Assembly: GCA_026400775.1 (NCBI GenBank)
Contig: JAPLOK010000250.1
Span: 1-37,153 of the forward strand
DNA length: 37,153 bases
Reading direction: 5' to 3'
Origin: Alphaproteobacteria bacterium
GTDB lineage: Bacteria; Pseudomonadota; Alphaproteobacteria; Acetobacterales; Acetobacteraceae
Within the stretch, counting starts at the first letter, position 1; each line of letters opens with the position of its first letter. This document shows, one piece after another, positions 9,107-18,201 of the stretch. The position numbers and the translations under genes are program-made. The notes below the pieces were generated by a model, which saw only the letters and a list, made by a program, of their open reading frames with translations, made no database searches and had not been told where the DNA came from.

Positions 9107-10108
9107 ATGCGCGGCTTCTGGCCGCGCCGCTTCACCGGCTACGAGCTGGAACTGCTGGACCAGGCACTCACGGATTGCGACCGCGACCCGCCCGCGCTGC
9201 GCCGCCAGCATTTTCACATCCCCATTCTGGAACCTCTCTGGACCACGCTGGGCCGCGAATTGGAAAATGGCGCGGGGGTGGTGCGGCTGTCGGGCATTCC
9301 GGTGGAGCAGTATTCGCCCGCGCAGTTGAAGCGGCTGTTCTGGGGCATCTGCGTCAATCTCGGCACGCCCTTGCCGCAGAACACCACCGGCGAAATCCTG
9401 GCCGAGGTGAAGGACGAACAGGGTGCCGCCATGGCCGCCGAGGGCGGCGTGCTGACGGCGCGCGCGCGCAGCCGCTCCACCGGCCCGCTGCGCTTCCACA
9501 CCGACAAATGTGACCTGCTGGCGTTGATGTGTGCGTCGAACGGGATCGCGGGCGGGGTGTCGCGCGTTGTCTCCACCATCGCCATCCATGATGAAATCGC
9601 GCGCCTGCGCCCCGATCTGCTGGAGGTGCTGTACCGCGACTTCTGGCGCCGCCGCCCGGCCGATGAGGAAGGCCCGCGCTCCCGCCCGGAGGATGCGCTG
9701 TACCGCATGGCGGTCTTCGCGCGCGGCCCGGATGGCGCCTTCACCAGTCAGTATTCGCGCACCTATGTCGAAATGGCACATGGCAGTGAGGGCATTCCCG
9801 CGCTGACCACGGAACAGACCGCGGCGCTGGATCTGCTGGCGGAGGTGGCGGATGCGTTGTGCGTCGAAGCGCCCTTCACGCCGGGCGATATCCAGGTACT
9901 GAACCAGCACGTCACCTATCATGGCCGCACGGCCTATGCGGATGATGCCGCGGCCGGGGCGCAGCGCGTGCTGCTGCGCGTGTGGCTCGCGCATGCGCAA
10001 TCGCGCGCGCTGCCGGCGGGGCACGCGGCGCAATGGGGCAGCACGGCGGCGGGCGCGCTGCGGGGTGGGGCCATTCCCGGAACCAGTGCCTTTGAAGGAA
10101 GCTCGTAA
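9107..10108 (+). CDS. TauD/TfdA (clavaminate-synthase-like) Fe(II)/2-oxoglutarate dioxygenase
   Basis: HxD motif (RFHTDKCD), distal His (NQHVTYHGRT) and RVLLRVWL; GGAG RBS. Confidence 0.87.
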   Translation: MRGFWPRRFTGYELELLDQALTDCDRDPPALRRQHFHIPILEPLWTTLGRELENGAGVVRLSGIPVEQYSPAQLKRLFWGICVNLGTPLPQNTTGEILAEVKDEQGAAMAAEGGVLTARARSRSTGPLRFHTDKCDLLALMCASNGIAGGVSRVVSTIAIHDEIARLRPDLLEVLYRDFWRRRPADEEGPRSRPEDALYRMAVFARGPDGAFTSQYSRTYVEMAHGSEGIPALTTEQTAALDLLAEVADALCVEAPFTPGDIQVLNQHVTYHGRTAYADDAAAGAQRVLLRVWLAHAQSRALPAGHAAQWGSTAAGALRGGAIPGTSAFEGSS

Positions 10109-10401
10109 TGGCCGCCTATTTGATCGCGAATCTAAACGTGCATGATCCCGCGCGCTTCGCCGAATACCGCGACAAGGTGGCGCCGATAATCGCCGCTTTC
10201 GGCGGCAAATACTGTGTGCGCGGCGGCGCGGTGAGCGAGGTGGAGGGCAGCCTCGGCCTCTCGCGCCTGGTCATCCTGGAATTCCCGGATATGGCCAAGC
10301 TGCGCGCTTTCTACGACAGTGCCGAATACGCGCCGCTGATCGCGCTGCGGCAATCCGCAGCCAGCGGGGATGTGGCGCTTGTCGAAGGCTATGCAGGGTA
10401 G
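10108..10401 (+). CDS. DUF1330 family protein
   Basis: AYLIAN...FGGKYCVRGG...VILEFPD...FYDSAEY...RQSA; TAATG coupling to the upstream gene. Confidence 0.88.
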   Translation: MAAYLIANLNVHDPARFAEYRDKVAPIIAAFGGKYCVRGGAVSEVEGSLGLSRLVILEFPDMAKLRAFYDSAEYAPLIALRQSAASGDVALVEGYAG

Positions 10402-10413
10402 GAACGCCAAAGA

Positions 10414-11412
10414 ATGTCAATGCTGGAAATGCTGAAGGGGCGGCTGCGGCTGCCCGTGATCGGCTCACCCTTGTTCATCATCTCGGTGCCGGATCTGGTG
10501 GTGGCGCAATGCACCAACGGGGTGATCGGCTCGATGCCGTCGTTGAATGCGCGGCCGCTGGAGCAGCTGGATGAATGGCTCGCCGAGATCAATGAACGCC
10601 TCGCCGCGCATGACGCGGCGCATCCGGAGCGGCCCAGCGCGCCCTACGCCATCAACCTGATCGTCCATAAATCCAATGACCGGTTGGAGGAGGACATCAA
10701 GCTCGTCGTCAAGCATAAGGTGCCGATGATCATCTGCTCGCTGGGCGCGCGGACAGACGTGTATGACGCCGTCCATTCCTATGGCGGCTATGGTATCCAT
10801 GACGTGATCAACCAGACCTTCGCGCACAAGGCGATCGAGAAGGGCGCGGATGGCTTGGTGCTGGTGGCCTCGGGCGCGGGCGGGCATGCCGGCGCGCTCT
10901 CGCCCTTCGGCTTCCTGCAGGAAACGCGCGAATGGTTCGATGGCCCGATCGCACTGTCGGGCGCCATCGCGCATGGCCGCAGCATTCTGGCGGCCGAGGC
11001 GATGGGCGCTGATTTCGCCTATATCGGCAGCGCCTTCATCGCAACCGAGGAGGCGCGCGCGGTGGATGACTACAAGCGCATGATCACGCAGTACGGGGCG
11101 GAGGACATCCTCTACACCAACCTGATCACCGGTGTGCATGGCAACTACCTGCGGCCGTCGCTGGAAGCCGCCGGGATGGATGTGAACAACCTCGGCCAAT
11201 ACAACGCCAATGCGATGGATTTCAGCTCCGACCGCAAGCGGCGCTGGAAGGATATCTGGGGAAGCGGCCAGGGCATCGGCGCGGTGAAGGAAGTGGTGCC
11301 GACGGCTGCGCTGGTGGACAGGCTGGCGGCGGAATATGCGGCCGCGCGGGTGCGGTTGGGGTCGCATTCGCCGCTGGTGAATCCGGGGTGGGGGATGCCG
11401 CGGGCGGCGTGA
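10414..11412 (+). CDS. Nitronate monooxygenase / 2-nitropropane dioxygenase-like flavoprotein
   Basis: LPVIGSPLFIIS, GAGGHAG, GADFAYIGSAFIATEEA, WKDIWGSGQG. Confidence 0.9.
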   Translation: MSMLEMLKGRLRLPVIGSPLFIISVPDLVVAQCTNGVIGSMPSLNARPLEQLDEWLAEINERLAAHDAAHPERPSAPYAINLIVHKSNDRLEEDIKLVVKHKVPMIICSLGARTDVYDAVHSYGGYGIHDVINQTFAHKAIEKGADGLVLVASGAGGHAGALSPFGFLQETREWFDGPIALSGAIAHGRSILAAEAMGADFAYIGSAFIATEEARAVDDYKRMITQYGAEDILYTNLITGVHGNYLRPSLEAAGMDVNNLGQYNANAMDFSSDRKRRWKDIWGSGQGIGAVKEVVPTAALVDRLAAEYAAARVRLGSHSPLVNPGWGMPRAA

Positions 11413-11413
11413 C

Positions 11414-12214
11414 CTATTTGGTCACGAACGCCTTCTCCAGCGCATAGCTGCCCGGGTTGTTGTTCGTCCCCTCCACAAACCCCCGCCCTTCCAGCAGCGC
11501 CTTCATATCGGCGTTGAAATCCTCGGACCCGCAGAGCATCACGCGGTCCTTCGCCGGGTCCAGCGCATCCAGCCCGGTATCGGTGAACAGCCGCCCGGTC
11601 TCGATGCGCTCCGTGATCCGCCCAAACGTCGGAAACGCCTCGCGCGTCACCGCCGGCGCATAGACCAGCTTCTCGCTCGCCAATTCGCCCAGCAGTTCAT
11701 GGCCGGGCAGTTCGGTCGAGATGTAGTCCCGATAGGCCAGCTCCCCCACCTGGCGCACGGTATGCGCCACGATGATGCGGTCGAACTTGTCGTAGGTGTC
11801 CGGGTCGCGCATCAGCGACATGAAGGGCGCCAGCCCCGTGCCGGTGCACATCATCCACAGGTTTCGGCCCGGCAGCAGGTTCTCGGCCACCAGCGTGCCC
11901 ACCGGCTTGCGGCCGATCAGCACCGTATCGCCCACCCGGATATGCTGCAGCCGCGAGGTCAGCGGGCCGTCCTGCACCTTGATCGACAGGAATTCCAGCG
12001 CCTCATCCCAAGGCGGCGAGACCATGGAATAGGCGCGCACCAGCGCCTTGCCCTCAACCATCAGCCCGATCATGGCGAATTGTCCGGCCACAAAGCGCAT
12101 CGCCGGGTCGCGCGTGCAGCGGAAGCTGAACAGGCGGTCGGTCCAATGATGCACCCAGGTCACGGTCTCGCCGAAATAGGCGGCGGGGATGGTCTGCACG
12201 GCGGTCTGGCTCAT
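11414..12214 (-). CDS. fpr: Ferredoxin(flavodoxin)-NADP+ reductase, bacterial type
   Basis: HHWTDRLFSF, RAYS, GPLTSRL, TGTGLAPF, VMLCGS, C-terminal EKAFV; start placed at ATG 12214. Confidence 0.93.
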   Translation of the reverse strand: MSQTAVQTIPAAYFGETVTWVHHWTDRLFSFRCTRDPAMRFVAGQFAMIGLMVEGKALVRAYSMVSPPWDEALEFLSIKVQDGPLTSRLQHIRVGDTVLIGRKPVGTLVAENLLPGRNLWMMCTGTGLAPFMSLMRDPDTYDKFDRIIVAHTVRQVGELAYRDYISTELPGHELLGELASEKLVYAPAVTREAFPTFGRITERIETGRLFTDTGLDALDPAKDRVMLCGSEDFNADMKALLEGRGFVEGTNNNPGSYALEKAFVTK

Positions 12215-12295
12215 GCGCGCCGATATGCGGCCCCCGCGCGGAGCGCGCAAGTTCCGCGGTGGCGCAAGTTGCCATGGCGCCGTGAAGGCCACAGC

Positions 12296-13012
12296 ATGGA
12301 CGGCATGAAGATCCTGCACCCGCCGCCCAGCGACCCCGCCACCAACCCGCCCGTTGGACCGCTGGTGGACACCACCCCCCGCCCGCTGCCCGCGCGCATC
12401 CCGCATAAGGGTCGCAGCGTGGACCTCGAACCGCTGCATGTGCGCCATGCCGATGAACTCTTCGCCGCCGCGCAATCCGACACCTCCGCCGCCGGCTGGG
12501 CCTATCTCGGCTATGGCCCCTTCGCCGATGCCGCCGCCATGCGCAGCTTCGTGGGCGGCTTCGCCACCACCCACGACCCCATGGCATGGGCGATCCGCCC
12601 GCACCGCACCGGCACCGCCGATGGCTGGCTGACGCTGATGGAAATCCACGCCGCCCACGCGCATATCGAGATCGGCAATATCTGGTTCAGCCCGCGCATG
12701 CAGCGCACCCGCGCGGCCACGGAAGCCATGTTCCTGCTGATGCGCCACGCCATGGAGGACCTCGGCTATCGGCGCCTGACGTGGAAATGCAACGCGCTGA
12801 ACGCGCCCTCCATCCGCGCCGCCCACCGCCTGGGCTTCACCTATGAAGGCACCTTGCGCGACCTGCTGGTGGTCAAGGGCCGCGCGCGTTCCACCGCCTG
12901 GTTCAGCATCCTGGCTGAAGAATGGCCGGCCGTGGCCGCACGGATCCATGCCTGGCTCGATGACAACAACTTCGCGCCGGACGGTACCGCCAAGCGCAGC
13001 CTGGGATCGTGA
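12296..13012 (+). CDS. GNAT (RimJ/RimL-like) N-acetyltransferase
   Basis: LEPL, WAYLGYGPF, IEIGNIWFSPRMQRT..ATEA, LGYRRLTWKCNALNAPS..AA.RLGFTYEG, R.TAWFSIL; the start may instead be 12305. Confidence 0.9.
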   Translation: MDGMKILHPPPSDPATNPPVGPLVDTTPRPLPARIPHKGRSVDLEPLHVRHADELFAAAQSDTSAAGWAYLGYGPFADAAAMRSFVGGFATTHDPMAWAIRPHRTGTADGWLTLMEIHAAHAHIEIGNIWFSPRMQRTRAATEAMFLLMRHAMEDLGYRRLTWKCNALNAPSIRAAHRLGFTYEGTLRDLLVVKGRARSTAWFSILAEEWPAVAARIHAWLDDNNFAPDGTAKRSLGS

Positions 13013-13872
13013 CGCCGCCTTCCCAGGCGCTGGGAATCGGGCTGGTGCTGCTCTCGGCTGCGGTGATGGCCACGGCACCCACCCTGGCGCGCCTGGCCTT
13101 CGAGGCCGGTTCCAACACGCTCACCGTCGTCACGCTGCGCACGTTGATCGGTGCTGTGCTGATGGCCGGCATGCTGGCCGCCTTCGCGCGCCCGGTGCTG
13201 CCGCCGCGCGCCGCCTGGCCAGTGGCGCTGCTGGGCAGCCTCTACTACGCGGCCATGTCGGTCAGCTTCATCGGCGCAGCGGCGCTGATCCCGGCGGGGC
13301 TGACGCTGCTGATCTTCTTCATCCACCCCATCATGCTGGCCCTGCGCGCGCATTGGCGCGGCACCGACCGGCTGACCCCGCGCCGCGCCGCGCTGGCCTG
13401 CTTGGCGCTGGCCGGCCTCGGGCTGGTGGTGGGCGATGTGGCGGGCAGCATCTCGGCCGCCGGCGTGGCGATGGCGCTGTTCTCGGCATTGATGGTCTGC
13501 GGCGTGATCCTGGTGGGCGCACGGCTGCGCCAGCACACCGGCAGCGTGCAAACCAGCCTGGCCTTCATGCTGTTCGCCGGGCCGGGCTTCGCGCTGGCCA
13601 CCATGCTGGGCGGCGGCTGGGCCTTGCCGTCAGGCGCGCTGGGCTGGACGGCGGTGGTGGCCGCGGGCTTCTGTATCGCGATCGGGCTGGCGGCCTTCTT
13701 CGCGGCGTATCGGCATATCGGCGTGCTGCGCGCGACCATGGTCTCCAACATCGAACCGCTGCTGGGCGTGTTCTTCGCCATGGCGGTGCTGGGCGAGACG
13801 CTGGATGCGTTGCAATGGCTGGGGGCGGCGATGGTGATCGGCGCGCTGGTGCTGCTGGAGTGGCGCGAGTAG
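13009..13872 (+). CDS. DMT/EamA family transporter
   Basis: About 10 hydrophobic segments in two repeats; RATMVSNIEPL...LGETL..LQWLG motif; GTGA overlap with the GNAT stop. Confidence 0.87.
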   Translation: MTPPSQALGIGLVLLSAAVMATAPTLARLAFEAGSNTLTVVTLRTLIGAVLMAGMLAAFARPVLPPRAAWPVALLGSLYYAAMSVSFIGAAALIPAGLTLLIFFIHPIMLALRAHWRGTDRLTPRRAALACLALAGLGLVVGDVAGSISAAGVAMALFSALMVCGVILVGARLRQHTGSVQTSLAFMLFAGPGFALATMLGGGWALPSGALGWTAVVAAGFCIAIGLAAFFAAYRHIGVLRATMVSNIEPLLGVFFAMAVLGETLDALQWLGAAMVIGALVLLEWRE

Positions 13873-13939
13873 CGCGGCTGCGATTGCCCGCCGGCCCGGG
13901 CCATGCAAAGCGCCCGAAGGATACCAGCAAGGACCGCCC

Positions 13940-15460
13940 GTGCACCGCCCCCTGACCGCCGCCTCTCCAGTGCCTGTCATCTGGGCCTGTCTGCTGGTCT
14001 GCGCGCTGGCGCTGGTCCCGCTGGCCACGGTGCCGGTGCCGCCGCTGCTGGATTATCCCAACCACCTGGCGCGGCTGCATGTGATCGCGACGATCGGCAG
14101 CGACCCCCTGCTGGCGGCCTTCTACCGCATCGACTGGCAGTTGATCCCGAACCTGGCGCTGGACCTGCTGCTGCCACCGGTCGCGGCGCTGATCGGCGTC
14201 GATGCCGCGGGCCGCATCTTCCTGGCCGCCAAGACCATCCTGATGATCACCGGGCCCGTGGCGGTGCACCGCGCCCTTTTCGGCCATTGGTCCATCGCGC
14301 CGCTGATCGGCGCGGTCATCGCCTATAATGGCGTGACGAAATTCGGCTTCCTGAACTACGAACTGGGCATTGGGCTGGCGGTCTGGAGCACCGCGGCGGT
14401 GATCGCCCTGCGCCGGCGCGGTCCGATGCTGCGCCTGGGCGTGACAGCAGCGCTCGCGCTGCTGCTGTTCACCTGTCACCTGCTGGTGCTGGGCCTGTTC
14501 GGCCTGGCCTGTCTGGTGCTGACGGCCGTCACTCTGCTGCGCGACCGCCCAGCGCCGCGCATCTGGCTGCGCGAGGCCGTGGTGCTCGGCCTACCCTTCC
14601 TGCCACCATTGCTGCTGCTGCTGGCCAGCCCCACCGCCGGGCTGTCGGGCAACATCCTTTGGTCGGCCGCGGGCAAGCTCCAAGGGCTGCTGAACGTGTT
14701 CTCGGTCGGCGCGGACATCACGGACCTGGTGATCGTGAACATCGCGCTCGCGGCCATCGTGCTCGCCGCGCAGCATGGCGTGCTGCGCGTGCATCCGGCC
14801 GGGGTCTGGCTCTTCCTGGCCGGACAGCTGATCTATTTCGCCATGCCGCGCGCGCTGTTCGGCTCCTGGGAGGCCAATCAGCGCTTCCCGCTGGCGCTGG
14901 CCTTCCTGCTGATCGGCTTCATCGCCCTGGACCTTGCGCGGCGGCCCGTGCGCGCGGCGTTCATCGGCGTGCTCGCGGTGCTCCTATCGCTGCGCGTGGC
15001 GCAGGTGCACGCCACATAGAATGCAACCGCCGCCGTGATCGTGCCGATCCGCGCGGCCTTGGCCGAGTTGCCGCGCGGCACACGGCAGCTGGTCACCGCG
15101 GCCGATGACCGCGCCGGCCCCTTCGCCATCGCCTACCTCATCGACCATGTGCCGAGCTATGCCACCATCGACCGCTCGGCCCTGGTCACGCGGCTGTTCA
15201 CTGTGCCGGGCAAGCAGGTGCTGACCGTCAGGCCGCCCTATGCCGCGATCGTGGACAGCGGGGATTGGAGCACCCCGCAAGTCGGCACGGCGGTCAACGG
15301 CACGACCACCTGGACGGAGGCCTATTGGCTCGACTGGCGCAACAGCTACGACCACATCATCGTGCTGGACACGCGGCCCAATGCGCCGAATCCGGCGCCT
15401 GAGGCGCTCTCGCTGCTGCGCTCCGGCCGGATGTTCCAGCTCTACCGGATCATGCACTGA
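13940..15460 (+). pseudogene. Polytopic membrane protein (PPLLDYPNHLAR type, possibly GT-C glycosyltransferase-like) interrupted by an in-frame TAG at 15017-15019
   Basis: ORFs 13940-15019 and 15035-15460 are in the same frame and separated only by TAG (…VAQVHAT*NATAAVIVPIRAA…). The N-terminal part is multi-TM and the C-terminal part is soluble. The GT-C assignment is inference. Confidence 0.65.
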
Positions 15461-15497
15461 ACAAGCACGCCGCGCGGCCGGGCGGGCAGAGAAGGGC

Positions 15498-17048
15498 CTA
15501 TTCCTCCTCGTCCTCTTCCTCGACCACGGGCTTGGCGCCGCCCTTTTCCGCGCTGCGCATATGCGTGATCAGGCGCTCGATCGCGGTGGGCTTGTCAGTC
15601 TTCTCGATCGCGGCGAATTCCGAAGCGAGCCGGTCCAGCGCCTGCTCATAGATCTGCCGTTCGGAGAATGACTGGTCCGGCTGGCCCGCATTGCGGAACA
15701 GGTCGCGCACCACTTCGGAAATCGCGATCGGATCACCGGAATTGATCTTCGCCTCGTATTCCTGGGCGCGGCGGGACCACATGGTGCGCTTGATGCGCGC
15801 GCGGCCGCGCAGTGTATCGAGCGCCTGCTTCACCACAGCGGGGCTGGCCAGCTTGCGCAGGCCCGCGCTGGTGGCCTTGTTCACCGGCACGCGCAGCGTC
15901 ATGCGGTTTTCCTCGAAGGTGACGGTGATCACCTGCAGGGAGAGCCCCGCCACATCCATATTGTCGATGCCCTGCACGGTGCCGACACCATGCGTGGGAT
16001 AGACAACCATATCGCCGGTCTTGAATTCTATTTTCACCTGGGAACCTTTGGCGCCTGGCGCGCCGGACTGGGCCTCCGCCATACCAGAACCGCGGGGGGG
16101 CGAAACAGGGAGGCGTGGCGTGATACTGAATGCCGAACGCATGCCAGCCATGCCTGGCCGCTGCATGGCGGGGCGTTGACCTGGCGCCACGGGCTTCATG
16201 ACGGGGGGCGGCGGGCTGTTGGTCGGGCCGGTCGCGGGCATGGGCGGCGGCGGCGGCGCAGCCGGGCGTGGCGCGGGAGCCGAGGTCGCCATCACCGGCG
16301 CGGGTTGTGAGCGCGGGGCGGCGGGTGCGGGCTTCGCCGGAGCAGGCGCGGGCTTGCGGCCGGCGGCGGGCTTGGCGGCCGCAGGCTTGGGTTTCGGCGC
16401 GGGCTTGGCCTGCACCAGCGGTTCTGACGCAGCCTTGGGCTTGGCGGCCGGCTGCGGCTTGGCCGCAGGCTTCGGCACGGCATTGCTCGTGACGGACGGC
16501 TTCGCGGCGGCCTTGGGTTGGTTTTTGGGAACGGGCTTAGCCTTTACAGCGAGCTTGGCCTTGGCAGGGGCCTTGGCAACGGGTTTAGCCTTGGCAACGG
16601 GTTTGGCCTTCGCGACCGGCTTGGCCTTGGCGGCCGGCTTCGTCTTCACAACCAGCTTGGCTTTCGCCGCCGGCTTGGCCTTCACAACCGGCTTGGCTTT
16701 CGCCGCCGGCTTGGCCTTCACAACCGGCTTGGCCTTCGCCGCCGGCTTGGCCTTCACAACCGGCTTGGCCTTCGTGACCACCTTGGCCTTCACGACCGGC
16801 TTGGCCTTCGTGACCACCTTGGCCTTCACGGCCGGCTTGGCTTTCGCCACCGGCTTGGCCTTGGCGGCAGGCTTGGCTGTGGCCGTGGGCGGCCGGGCGG
16901 CCACCTTGGCGGCGGGGCTGCGTGGCGCGGATTTGGCGGGCGCGGCCTTCCTGGTCGGCACCGTTGCGGTCTTGGGCTTGGCCTTGGCCGCCGTCTTGGC
17001 CTTCGTGGCCGGCTTGGCGGATATGCTCGAACGCGTTGCACCGCGCAT
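15498..17048 (-). CDS. carD: CarD/CdnL RNA-polymerase-binding regulator with a long Lys/Ala/Pro-rich N-terminal extension
   Basis: The C-terminal ~175 aa carry FKTGDMVVYPTHGVG, LRVP...GLRKL, MWSRRAQEYEAKINSGD..ISEVVRDL and QSFSERQIYEQA. The frame is open upstream to ATG 17048 (AAAGG RBS) or 17063. Confidence 0.88.
   Translation of the reverse strand: MRGATRSSISAKPATKAKTAAKAKPKTATVPTRKAAPAKSAPRSPAAKVAARPPTATAKPAAKAKPVAKAKPAVKAKVVTKAKPVVKAKVVTKAKPVVKAKPAAKAKPVVKAKPAAKAKPVVKAKPAAKAKLVVKTKPAAKAKPVAKAKPVAKAKPVAKAPAKAKLAVKAKPVPKNQPKAAAKPSVTSNAVPKPAAKPQPAAKPKAASEPLVQAKPAPKPKPAAAKPAAGRKPAPAPAKPAPAAPRSQPAPVMATSAPAPRPAAPPPPPMPATGPTNSPPPPVMKPVAPGQRPAMQRPGMAGMRSAFSITPRLPVSPPRGSGMAEAQSGAPGAKGSQVKIEFKTGDMVVYPTHGVGTVQGIDNMDVAGLSLQVITVTFEENRMTLRVPVNKATSAGLRKLASPAVVKQALDTLRGRARIKRTMWSRRAQEYEAKINSGDPIAISEVVRDLFRNAGQPDQSFSERQIYEQALDRLASEFAAIEKTDKPTAIERLITHMRSAEKGGAKPVVEEEDEEE
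16570..16880 (-). repeat. Coding 18-bp tandem repeat (hexapeptide KAKP[VA][VA]; partly 36-bp higher-order units)
   Basis: Plus-strand units such as ggcttggccttcacaacc and ggcttggctttcgccgcc, roughly 17 copies by eye; boundaries approximate. Confidence 0.9.
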
Positions 17049-17319
17049 GGGCAGACCTTTCATGGGCGACCGCCGCGAGGCGCCGCCAGGATAGCAGACC
17101 AGCCATCGGCAAGCCCGCCGCGACCGGGTCCGACGCCAAGCCAACCGCCCCGCCGGGCAGCAACATTGCGTCGTTCACTCAAGACCTTATCACAAGTTTC
17201 ACGATCCGTCACGCAGCAAGCAACTCGATACGCAAGGCCAATCATCGAGCACAGGCATCGCCACTTGCGACCGGCCCGCCACAAGCCCTAGCCTCATCAC
17301 AAAGTATGGAGGGTCCGTC

Positions 17320-18201
17320 ATGCCGCTCAACCTGGCACCGCTCACCGCCGACCCGGAATTCGCGGCGCTGGCCACCGGCCTGGATCTGTCGTGCCCAATC
17401 TCCGCGTCCGATATCGCCGCCATCGACGCGGCCATGGACTGCCACGCGGTGCTGGTCTTCCGCGGCCAACCGCTGGGCCAGGCCGAACAGGTGGCCTTTG
17501 CCGAACAATTCGGCCCGCTCGACCTCGGCCTCAAGCGCCTGAAGAAGCAGCCCGAGCGCCTGGAAAAGGCCGAGCTGATGGATATCTCCAACCTCGATCT
17601 CGACGGCCGCCCCGCCGCCCGCGACAGCCGCAAGGTGGTCAGCAACATCGCCAACCAGCTCTGGCATTCCGACAGCAGCTTCCAGGCGACGCCGGTCAAG
17701 TATTCGATGCTCTCGGCCGTGCGCCTGACCAGCTGGGGCGGTGCCACCGAATTCGCCGATCTGCGCGCCGCCTATGACGCGCTGGACGCCCGCATGAAGG
17801 CCGAGATCGCCGCCCTCCAGGCCGAGCATTTCGCCCTGCATTCGCGCTTCATGCTGGGCGATGACGACTACACGCCCGAACAGCGCGACCAGATCCCACC
17901 CGTGCTCTGGCCCCTGGTGCGCGAGCTGCCCTATGGCCGCAGCGCGCTGTTCGTCGGCGTGCATGCGCGCGCGATCCAGGGCCTGACCCTGGCCGAGGGC
18001 CGCATGCTGCTGATGGACCTGCTGGAACACGTCACGCAACCGCGCTTCGTCTACGCCCATGAATGGCAGGTGGGCGACCTGGTGATCTGGGACAACCGCG
18101 CAACCGTGCATCGCGGCCGCCGCTATGACATGGCGGAGCCGCGCGAATTGCGCCGCACCACCACGGTGGATGTGCAGCTCGCCGCCAGCCGCGCCGCCTG
18201 A
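17320..18201 (+). CDS. TfdA-like (TauD family) Fe(II)/2-oxoglutarate dioxygenase
   Basis: DISNLD, NQLWHSDSSF, GGATEFAD.RAAYD, HEWQVGDLVIWDNRATVHRG, ELRRTT; GGAGG RBS. Confidence 0.9.
   Translation: MPLNLAPLTADPEFAALATGLDLSCPISASDIAAIDAAMDCHAVLVFRGQPLGQAEQVAFAEQFGPLDLGLKRLKKQPERLEKAELMDISNLDLDGRPAARDSRKVVSNIANQLWHSDSSFQATPVKYSMLSAVRLTSWGGATEFADLRAAYDALDARMKAEIAALQAEHFALHSRFMLGDDDYTPEQRDQIPPVLWPLVRELPYGRSALFVGVHARAIQGLTLAEGRMLLMDLLEHVTQPRFVYAHEWQVGDLVIWDNRATVHRGRRYDMAEPRELRRTTTVDVQLAASRAA

Noticed and set aside
9077-9110. 14-mer gcatggacggcatg shared with the GNAT start (12294), suggesting the TauD gene begins MDGMLTGAD with a frameshift
   Set aside because: ATG 9107 has its own GGAG RBS at normal spacing, and one short match is not enough. 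Alignment to homologues or the raw reads would be needed to revive the idea.
12245-12270. Direct repeat gcgcaagtt x2 in the fpr/GNAT divergent gap (similarly cttgatgcg x2 at 6034-6066)
   Set aside because: The repeats are short, match no motif I can name and have no cognate regulator nearby, so they may be chance.
15017-15019. Pyrrolysine or genome-wide amber reassignment
   Set aside because: TAG ends several conserved genes in this window at their expected C-termini, and no pyl genes are present.
16198-17094. Hydrophobic repeat ORF (GLAFAAGLAFTT) on the plus strand, and the 18-bp array as a possible CRISPR
   Set aside because: The ORF is the reverse complement of the KAKP repeat. The array has no unique spacers, no cas genes are present and it is in-frame coding sequence.
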